DNA from: an uncultured Gemmatimonadales bacterium
GTDB lineage: Bacteria; Gemmatimonadota; Gemmatimonadetes; Longimicrobiales; RSA9
Reading direction: 5' to 3'
DNA: 64,000 nucleotides
NCBI GenBank assembly: GCA_963798085.1
Contig: CAWCRS010000012.1
Coordinates: forward strand, 1-64,000
Shown here: in pieces, positions 1-7,881 of the stretch
Position numbering within the stretch: the first letter of the stretch is position 1
Layout: each line of letters starts with the position of its first letter
Notes under the pieces: generated by a model
What the model saw: only the letters and a program-made list of their open reading frames with translations
Database searches by the model: none
What the model was told of the DNA's origin: nothing
Made by a program: the position numbers and the translations under genes

Positions 1-153
1 GCAAGCGATCACGCTTTGGAGCAGTACGCCACACGTCTGGAACGCGACCGCAGTGCAAACCGGCTTCGCTACAGCCCAGCCCTTGGCCTGACGACGAGCA
101 CGCTGCGGACGAGGCCCTATCGGGCGAACACCAACTTTGGCTCGGACGGGTAG
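1..153 (+). CDS. 3' end of probable CBASS CD-NTase (partial)
   Basis: Frame 1 is open from base 1 and ends ...RPYRANTNFGSDG*. The tail resembles the NTFFG-type C-terminus of E2-associated CD-NTases; it overlaps the E2 gene and precedes a patatin. Confidence 0.6.
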   Translation, partial: ASDHALEQYATRLERDRSANRLRYSPALGLTTSTLRTRPYRANTNFGSDG

Positions 154-577
154 CCGCTACGTTGCGGCCCGTGAACTCAGCGTGCACGAACAGGTCGCGG
201 GGATCAAGCTCGCGTGGCCCAACTTCGTTCACGAGGCTGGAGACGGCCGTTTGGTCAGCCGTGGGAAGCTGCGGCCCACTCCAGCTATCCGGGAGTACGC
301 GGTCCGCATCGAGTATGCGCCTAGAGAGTACCCGCGAGTGTTTGTGGTAGACCCTGCGCTTTCGCCACGCGAGCCAAACGGCAAGATACCGCACGTGTAT
401 CCGGGACGACGGCCCTGCATCTTCTACCCGAAAGTACGTGAGTGGACGAGCGGAATGCGAATCTCTGAGACGATCGTTCCTTGGCTAATGCGTTGGTTAT
501 TTCACTACGAGATTTGGTCGGTCGCTGGCGTGTGGTACGGTGGCGGGATAGAGCATCGAGGCAACAATGACGAGTGA
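137..577 (+). CDS. CBASS E2-like (ubiquitin-conjugating-like, E2-only Cap2 type) protein
   Basis: 146 aa with PHVY..RPCIFYP (candidate catalytic Cys) and IVPWLMRWLFHYEIW..G.W.GGG.EH; lies between CD-NTase tail and patatin. Confidence 0.75.
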   Translation: MARTGSRYVAARELSVHEQVAGIKLAWPNFVHEAGDGRLVSRGKLRPTPAIREYAVRIEYAPREYPRVFVVDPALSPREPNGKIPHVYPGRRPCIFYPKVREWTSGMRISETIVPWLMRWLFHYEIWSVAGVWYGGGIEHRGNNDE

Positions 578-1618
578 GAGCTCAGTCCCTTTTCGCATCC
601 TCAGTCTCAATGGTGGCGGAAATAAGGGCACGTACACTGCGGCGGTTCTTGCCGGGATCGAGGAAATCACCAGGAAACGTATTGTTGACCACTTCGACCT
701 TATCGTCGGGACTTCGACGGGCGGCATCGTCGCGTTGGCTCTCGGGATAGGTTTGCCAGCAGGTGATATCCTTCGCTTTTACGAAGAGAAGGGCCCATCG
801 ATATTCCCGTTGGTCGGTGTTCAGGGCCGGCTTTGGGCGATGCTTCGGCATATGTTCAGGTCGAAGCATTCAATTGAGCCTCTTCGTTCGGCACTCGCAA
901 ACGTGCTTGGTGATCACGTCGTGGGCGATTCGCTTACCAGGCTGGTGCTCGTCTCATACGACGGGTCGAGCGGCGACGTTTACATGATCAAGACCGCGCA
1001 TCATCCGCGTTTCAAGAATGACTACTCAATGCGAGCCATCGACGCGGCGTTAGCGACTTCCGCCGCCCCGACTTTCTTGCCGGCGTTTGTTCGACGAATG
1101 GTACCAAGCTGGTTGACGGTGGCGTGTGGGCAAATTGCCCGGCAGCGGTCGCGGTGACCGAGGCAATGACGGTCTTGGGACAGCGGTCCGGCGAATTTGA
1201 CTTGTTAAGTGTCGGCACGACAGAGAGTCCGTTGCATGTGTCAAGACGCAAGCTTGCTGGCGGTATCCTTCAATGGGCACTGTTCGGACCGGACCTGCTC
1301 CTACAGGCCCAGGCTAAGGGAGCGCTCGCGCAAGCGAAGCTTCTTACGGGCGCGGCAGATCGAATGCTTCGACTCAACGAGGTCGTTGAGCCGAAGCGGT
1401 TTTCGCTCGACAATCCATCAAGCATCCAGGACTTAAAGGCGCTGGGGATGAAGGCAGCGCGACACTACGGGAGGATTGTGGCGGAGCGCTTCCTTGCGGC
1501 GCCTGTCTCAGAGTTTGTGCCATATCATGGTCCGCGCTCTGAGGCCGCGGTCTCCAACGCTGCAATGGATCACCGGCAAGCACCGACACGGCAGATTGAC
1601 CGCGGCGCGCCTTCGTAG
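567..1618 (+). CDS. capV: Patatin-like phospholipase, CapV-type CBASS effector (one frameshift near 1090)
   Basis: GGGNKG and GTSTG motifs in ORF 567-1157; the shifted frame gives KLVDGGVWANCP and runs to 1618. One extra T in TTTGTTCG would join them. Confidence 0.8.
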
Positions 1619-1747
1619 CGAGATTCACAGAGACGAATGTCGAATACAATGCCGCTCCTGCAGCGCCCCTGTCCTGATTTCTCTACAAGCCTGTCCTCAA
1701 TACTCACTGCGACTCCGCAGCCCTTTTCCGCCAGAGCACCCTGTTTC

Positions 1748-1892
1748 AGCTAACGTCTCTGCTGTTCACGACGTGCCGGAGCCGACCGCAAGGGCGGCGC
1801 AGGCATGTCCGCGCCCTTCACAGGGCGACTCGCGTCGGCCACTGCGCGGCCGGCGGCCGACAGGCCGCCGTGCGTGAAATACCGTGTTAGGT
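1748..1892 (-). repeat. attC-like recombination site 1 (145 bp)
   Basis: AGCTAAC-9nt-GTTCACGACG...CGTGCGTGAA-7nt-GTTAGGT; one extra G in the right arm. Confidence 0.85.
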
Positions 1893-1943
1893 GACGTTGG
1901 ACCCACCCTTCTGAAGCGCGCCCTCTGGGCTGCGTTGCGAGAC

Positions 1944-2737
1944 CTACGGGTCCGGGAATTCACGACGCCATTCATCACCAGGGCGCTCGTGGCCGCGTGC
2001 AAGTTCTCGCAATAGGTCTTAAGGTGCTTCCACTTCGCCTGCGGAACCGCTGAGAGGTTATGCGCAAGCGCAAGCGACGAGCGCATGGCAGTCCGAGCGT
2101 TTTCGTATCGAAACGCGGAGAAGCGCCATTCCGTCGCTCTGCCAAGAACCGCGTTGTGGACGAGTAGCCGCGAATCTGCAGGCGGGTGCACCGCCCAATC
2201 GCGAAAGCGGAAAATCTCTCGGATTCCCTCTCGGAGTCCACGGTAATCCTGGCGGTTCGCCAAGGTGAATGCCAGGCGAAATACTTCGCTCGTTTGCTTC
2301 CATCTTGCCGTCTGGTTCTTGGCCCAAGCGGCTTGGTGCAGCGCAGGCACATCAATGCGTTCCTTGACATGTGAATACAGGGCGTCAATGGAGATGGCGG
2401 CAGCTGTTACTGCCTGCATTGATGCGTGGAATTCAGCCTCGAGGAGAGGATATGCTTCTTTCGCCTGCCCTGTGGCTGCCACCTCGAGCGCCAGCCGAGC
2501 ACGTCTTGCCGCCGCGACATGCCCGGTGCCGATTCTTAGCCAGTGCCGGACCAAGTCCATTCTCAGAGCGAAGCCATCATGCTCGACCCTGAAGGCGCCG
2601 TCTGCTGGCACGATGATTCGAAACCCTTGAATGGACAGATCTGCTCCGTCTGGAACTATGATGCCAGCGGCGTTGGCTCTCGCGCTGGGAGCCGGCTTGG
2701 CGGCCTGCGGCGGTTCGTCGGAAATGCTCATTGGCAT
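1944..2737 (-). CDS. Cassette A hypothetical protein (probable frameshift near 1975)
   Basis: The computed ORF 1766-2821 runs through site 1. A one-base shift gives ...LVDEWRREFPDP* ending at 1944, inside the cassette. Start may be 2821 or 2737. Confidence 0.55.
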
Positions 2738-2941
2738 CGATCTCTTGGGTGCTTCGACTTTCGAGGCTAATGGACTACGTACTGCTCGCGGCGATCGATG
2801 GATATGGCCCAACGTTCGCATACAGTTCCCGGGGAACGATTCCCACTTGCCTTGAGGCGGCTACCTCCCCCGGCCGATCATCTGTGCTGACGAAGCCTCC
2901 TTCGTTGTTACTTGGCATGCACGCGCTGTGGGTCCAATGTC

Positions 2942-3084
2942 ACCTAACGTGAGTAAGTTCACGAACCCGCGGGAGCCGGGCGAAGCACGGCGCAGCGGGT
3001 TCCCGGCCTTTCACAGTCTACCCCTTTCACAGCCCGCCGGGCCAGACGCGCGAAGCGCGGCGCCGCGTGAACTGATTGTTATCT
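2942..3084 (-). repeat. attC-like recombination site 2 (143 bp, most divergent)
   Basis: ACCTAAC-8nt-GTTCACG...GCGTGAA-6nt-GTTATCT. Confidence 0.8.
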
Positions 3085-3102
3085 GCCGTAGGTCCGTACG
3101 CC

Positions 3103-5535
3103 CTACGGACGCAGCAGAGTTGCCGAGAAACCGCCGCACAGACACGTAATGGACGCGTCTCGTCCACCCTGCTTCAGGACTCGGTAGAGACCTCGGCATT
3201 GCGGACACCTCAGCGCGTCGAAAAGGTCCCGCATCGCTTCTATCACCGGCCGAAGGTCATTCGGTGTAAGGTCCAGCCATCGATTGTAGTGGACGGCGGG
3301 ATTCACTGCCCACTGTTCGGCCTGAGTCCGGTCATAGATCTGACCTACGACGCCCTCACGTTCCCCCAGCGCAATGGCGTCGGCGGCGTTGTTCCACCGC
3401 TCTGCCGCCTGGCGAGCTTCCTTGAGGAGCTTACGAAACCTAGCCACCGCAGCTGGCATCACAGCTCCGAGATCCCATCTCGCATCCGCTCTGTACGGTA
3501 CCAACGCCTCCAATGCCTCGCAAACACTTGAGAAGTACTCCTCGGAGCCCCGGCGCAGCTTAGCTGCAGCGCCGGCAACATCCCGTTCGGCTAGTGCTGC
3601 CTCGATCTGCTCCCACTGATCTGGGTCCTGTTGTACGTGCGGCCCAGCTTCGATACTCCAATCGAAGAACTCAATCTGCGTTCTTGTAGCTCCACTTGCT
3701 TTGAGCTGATAGGCCCACGTCCGATCGTGCGTTGTGATTAGGAACTGCTTGTCCGGAAACTCGTGGGCAAGAAGGTCCGCTACGTTACGTCGGTGATCAG
3801 CGTCCACGGACATTACTACGTCATCGAGGATGATTAGCTGGAATGCGTCCCGTCCAAGCCACTCGGCCAGGGCGAGGAATAGACACAACCCCATACTGTC
3901 TTGGTGGCCCTCGCTGTGGAGGGCGTGCGGGGGGTGCTGACCATGACCCATGAACTCCACCGTCATGCCCAAGCCAGCCGCCCCAGGCCGGAGTTCGGCG
4001 GTGAAACCGGTTTCATTCTCGCCGTGAATTCGCTGATATAGCGCCACGAATCTGGCGCATACATTATCATACAGGGCACCAAGCACTTCCGTTCGTTGCG
4101 CTTGGTATGCCTCCAAGGTCGCGTGTGCGCGCCGAGCGGCCCTTCGTGCGCCGTCTAACCGGCGGCGGACCTCAAGACGCGCACCAAGTGCCTCTCCAGT
4201 TGCCGTAAGCAGGTCCCAAGCATCCTGGGCTGGGTTTCTCAGGGGTGTCCGAGCTTCCGCGCGGCTCACGAGTTCGTCAATGTTGCCGAGGTCGTCCACT
4301 GCGTCCAATAACTCAGAGATACTGACGCCCACGACGGCGTACTGCTCGAGTGGCACTGTCAGGGCCTCGATCAACTGCGCAATTCGGGTGATGGCTCGAG
4401 GCGCAACTCCTGACTGCGCAGCATCGAGGACGGTCGCAGCTTCATTCAGCTGCTCTGCCGATGCTTCAGCACGTGCCAGCTGCGATCTAGCCCGACCTGC
4501 GAGATCGTCAATTGTACGAAGGGCCGCCTGCACCTCCGACGTCTGTTGTGCCCGTTCGGCAAGGGCTGCGCGCAGCTGACCCGGTGCCCAGGCCGCACCA
4601 CAGAGCGGGCACTCACCAGTCTCCGGAATGAAGGATATTCCGAGGTGAATAAGTCTCGCCGAATCGACGACGCGTGCATAACCCGGGACACTCCGAACGG
4701 AAGCGATCGCTTGCTGGAGCTGGCTGTCCAGCTCGCGAAGTTCGTTCCTTCCCTCAGCGTTCGTAGAATGGGACAAACCTGCGGCAGCGGCGCGCACGGA
4801 ATCGGTGCTTGGACCCAACGCACGCGTGCCTTCCGGCCTTATTATGTCCCGCCGAAGATCGCCCTCGGCAGCAGCGAGTGCTTCACCACCTAGCATCGCG
4901 CGGGCCCGGTTAACAGCCTCAAGCATCTCCGTCTCGTCGACACGGGCCACGCCGGCCGCAGCCGCAACGCGTGCCTCCTGCCGCTCGAGCTCCGCGGTGA
5001 TCACTGCCGCGGAGCGCTCGAGATCTCCCTTTGCACGCACGAGTCGTTGGCGAACGGCCTCGATTCCGGTGAGGTCAAGGACTGCCTGGACGGCATCGGC
5101 TCTGTCGCGCGGTTCCGCCGTGATAAACCTCAGGAGCTCCCTCCTGGTCAGGACGTGCTGGCCGTGCTCGGCGTGCGGCAGAGCTGCTAGGAGTGCCGCT
5201 CGCGCGTTGTCCTCGCACACTAATACGGTGGGACTTGCCACGCAGCGACTGATCTCGATCGGATGCGCCACCCCAGGGATTGTCACATGCGCTCGCACAA
5301 TGGCATGTTCGGGATCCGATCGAATGTGAGGCCCATGTCTATTTAGGCTCAATCCGCCACTTCCACGGCCCGTAAGCCGACCGATCTTCCCGGTGAGCAG
5401 AAAATCGACCGCATCTACAATCGTGCTCTTGCCTGAACCATTTGGACCGAGGATGACCAAGTTCTGGCCATTTGCGACCACCTTCAGACTGCGAATGCCA
5501 CGAAAATGCGCGATTTCAAGCGTTTCGATTTTCAT
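3103..5535 (-). CDS. SMC/Rad50-like ABC ATPase (cassette B)
   Basis: Walker A GPNGSGKS, coiled coil with central CPLC hook, signature LHSEGH, Walker B IILDD, H-loop THD, C-terminal CPQC...CLC. Confidence 0.85.
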   Translation of the reverse strand: MKIETLEIAHFRGIRSLKVVANGQNLVILGPNGSGKSTIVDAVDFLLTGKIGRLTGRGSGGLSLNRHGPHIRSDPEHAIVRAHVTIPGVAHPIEISRCVASPTVLVCEDNARAALLAALPHAEHGQHVLTRRELLRFITAEPRDRADAVQAVLDLTGIEAVRQRLVRAKGDLERSAAVITAELERQEARVAAAAGVARVDETEMLEAVNRARAMLGGEALAAAEGDLRRDIIRPEGTRALGPSTDSVRAAAAGLSHSTNAEGRNELRELDSQLQQAIASVRSVPGYARVVDSARLIHLGISFIPETGECPLCGAAWAPGQLRAALAERAQQTSEVQAALRTIDDLAGRARSQLARAEASAEQLNEAATVLDAAQSGVAPRAITRIAQLIEALTVPLEQYAVVGVSISELLDAVDDLGNIDELVSRAEARTPLRNPAQDAWDLLTATGEALGARLEVRRRLDGARRAARRAHATLEAYQAQRTEVLGALYDNVCARFVALYQRIHGENETGFTAELRPGAAGLGMTVEFMGHGQHPPHALHSEGHQDSMGLCLFLALAEWLGRDAFQLIILDDVVMSVDADHRRNVADLLAHEFPDKQFLITTHDRTWAYQLKASGATRTQIEFFDWSIEAGPHVQQDPDQWEQIEAALAERDVAGAAAKLRRGSEEYFSSVCEALEALVPYRADARWDLGAVMPAAVARFRKLLKEARQAAERWNNAADAIALGEREGVVGQIYDRTQAEQWAVNPAVHYNRWLDLTPNDLRPVIEAMRDLFDALRCPQCRGLYRVLKQGGRDASITCLCGGFSATLLRP

Positions 5536-5722
5536 CTATCCCCTCAACAAACAGGGCGGTGAGCGCCTCGAGCTGCCTGGCTGTGCCTGCCGGCAGAATG
5601 TCCTGCAGGCGTCCGAGTTCCTCTTCGGTAAAGAGGTCGGTCCGACGCACACTCTCGATTGTCTTGGCTATGATGATCGCGGCTAGGTCGTTCGGCCGAG
5701 GCTCTGCCTCACGCTGTGTCAT
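5516..5722 (-). CDS. Small hypothetical protein coupled to the ATPase (cassette B)
   Basis: 68 aa, AAGGAGG RBS upstream of the ATG, overlaps the ATPase start by 20 nt. Confidence 0.65.
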   Translation of the reverse strand: MTQREAEPRPNDLAAIIIAKTIESVRRTDLFTEEELGRLQDILPAGTARQLEALTALFVEGIDENRNA

Positions 5723-5760
5723 GACCCTCCTTGCCGGACTGCCCGGTTAGGACCTATGGC

Positions 5761-5906
5761 AGATAACGTACAAGCGGTTCACGACGTGCCGGAGCCGACC
5801 GTCAGGGCGGCGCAGGCATGTCCCGGCCTTGCAGGCGCGTGTCACTTCGGATTGCCCGCCGGGCCGGCAGCCGGCAGGCTGCCGTGCGTGAAATGACGTG
5901 TTAGAA
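5761..5906 (-). repeat. attC-like recombination site 3 (146 bp)
   Basis: AGATAAC-9nt-GTTCACGACG...CGTGCGTGAA-7nt-GTTAGAA; left part nearly identical to site 1. Confidence 0.85.
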
Positions 5907-5997
5907 GACGTGATCCACCGCTGCCTGACCGGCCCTCGCGCCCAATCTCGGGCGACCCGTTACTATTAATTCAGGCCCAGTCGCTCAGAGGATGCCG

Positions 5998-6676
5998 TCA
6001 GGATCGGACACCCATCGGCAATCTTGGGTCGACCGACGGGCCACGCTGGACCAGGACTGCCTGCAGACCGGCACGCCTCGCTCCCTCCAAGTCATCCAGG
6101 ACCGTATCCCCAACATGCAGCGTCCGATTGGCAGTCACCTCCAGCCGCCTGCACGCCTCTTCGAAGATCGCCGGGTTCCGGTTTGGCGCTTCCAACTTCA
6201 GCCAATAGCAGATGACCGCATCCAGCATACCCCCAATGCCGAGTTCCGTACAGGAAGTGCGACAGCCCACACTGCCAGTTGGAGACGACGGCTGTGGCAA
6301 TGCCAGCCGCGCGTAGCGCCCTAAGAACCCGGGGCACTTCCGGGTACGGGGCGTGCACCAGGCTGCTCGGCCCGAGCACGTGCCAAATGGCAAGGGCGGA
6401 GTGGCCGCGTCCGCATTCGCGCCTTGGCACGTTCAAGCGCCGAAACAGGCCGCTCGACCAAGCGAACCAGGTGCTCCGATCTCGGCTCGGGCGCGAGATC
6501 GGGCGAGTACTCCCGGCCGTGGGGCTCGAAGACATCATAGAGTACCTGGTGCTCCCAGGGGTCCGACGCCAGGCCTTGCGCTCCAGGTACTGCATCAGGA
6601 TGGCGCCCCTGCCGCGACCGGTCCGGTGGTCTGCAAGCGTCTTGTAGAAGTCCAGGCAAACCGCGTCAACCCGCAT
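5998..6676 (-). CDS. HAD-superfamily hydrolase (cassette C; several frameshifts)
   Basis: CLDFYKTL, VVSNW, SAKP and HVGD...DLEGARRAGL motifs are spread over three frames. Confidence 0.75.
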
Positions 6677-6783
6677 GACTTGACCTCGCGCCGATAGCCT
6701 TCGTGTGACCGCTTGGCTCGGCTACCACGGATCCCACATCTGAACAGGGCCTGCACGCTTCAGATCGGGGGGTGGATCATGTC

Positions 6784-6923
6784 TGCTAACGTGATGGCGG
6801 TTCATGACGCGCCGGAGCCGCGGGCGGCGCAGGCGTGTCCACGCCCCTCCCAAGCTATTCGCCTCGGCCATTGCGCGGCCAGCCGCGCGAACGCGCGGCG
6901 CCGCATGAACTAGCGTGTTAGCT
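6784..6923 (-). repeat. attC-like recombination site 4 (140 bp)
   Basis: TGCTAAC-9nt-GTTCATG...GCATGAA-7nt-GTTAGCT. Confidence 0.85.
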
Positions 6924-7168
6924 GTTGGGCGCGCCCTTCCAAGCGCGCTGCCGCGGCACGAGCTCTGATCAGCCTTTCCCAAGACACCGTTGCCGCTCAA
7001 TGACAACGCCGCGCCAGCGGGCGGAGCTGACCGGTATCGCGGCTGCCCCGTTCCAAAACGCCGCGCCAGCGGGCGCCGCTTGCCGACAGCGGGAGGACCG
7101 CCTCGGCCACGCAGACCGCCAACCCAAATTCCGTTTCAAGATCCGTTGCAACGCCTTTTTCAGCTAAC
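6917..7168 (-). other. ORF-less cassette D
   Basis: About 250 bp between sites 4 and 5; near-duplicate of 7300-7530; no ORF shared by the two copies. Confidence 0.7.
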
Positions 7169-7306
7169 GTGATGGGGGTTCATGACGTGCCGGAGCCGAC
7201 CGCCAGGGCGGCGCAGGCATGTCCACGCCCTTCCCGAGCGACCGCCTCGGCCATTGCGCGGCCAGCCGCGCGAACGCGCGGCGCCGCATGAACTAGCGTG
7301 TTAGCT
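7162..7306 (-). repeat. attC-like recombination site 5 (145 bp)
   Basis: AGCTAAC-9nt-GTTCATG...GCATGAA-7nt-GTTAGCT; close to site 4. Confidence 0.85.
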
Positions 7307-7530
7307 GTTGGGCGCGCCCTTCCAAGCGCGCTACCGCGGCACGAGCTCTATCACCTTTCCAGACACCGTTGCCGCTCAATGACCGCCGCGCCAGCGGCGG
7401 CTGACCTGCATCGCGCTGCCCCGTTCCAAACGCCGCGCCAGCGGCGCCGCTTGCCGACAGCGAGGCCGCCTCGGCCACGCGACCGCCAACCCAAATTCCG
7501 TTCAGATCCGTTGCGCGCCTTTCAGCTAAC
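7300..7530 (-). other. ORF-less cassette E (integrase-proximal)
   Basis: About 230 bp paralogue of cassette D; its ends pair at 15/18. Confidence 0.7.
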
Positions 7531-7560
7531 GTTGAATGGGTGTGGCGGGGCATGTTAATG
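7524..7560 (-). other. Candidate attI-like primary insertion site
   Basis: Last cassette junction AGCTAACGT with no inner GTTCAYG box or long palindrome; about 350 bp from the integrase stop. Confidence 0.5.
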
Positions 7561-7881
7561 CCGAGTTGCCGGGTTTGTGGATAGGCGCGTTAGTGGAACT
7601 GAATTTGATGGGTGACGGAGCGCGCTGCAAGGGACGGCGGTGGATGGCGGGAGGGTTGACGGGTTGGATGGTGATGGGGCAGCCGTCCAAGGTGCTGGGG
7701 CAATGGTGGATACCGACTGACGCACGGGTTGGGGAGGTCAGTTCAGGTGCATCGGGCGGGATCTGAATGCGTGGAAGAAACCGCGGGTGGCGGCGCTTTC
7801 TCTGAGCGGTGGCGCGCGGCACTGACGTGAACCTGGTCGTGATAATGGAGCTGTTAGGGCGAGGTGCGAAAAGAGTCGTGG

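Noticed and set aside
1886..5767. Cassettes as IS elements or MITEs because of their terminal IRs
   Set aside because: No transposase or target-site duplication; the IRs differ per unit and abut shared att-like sites.
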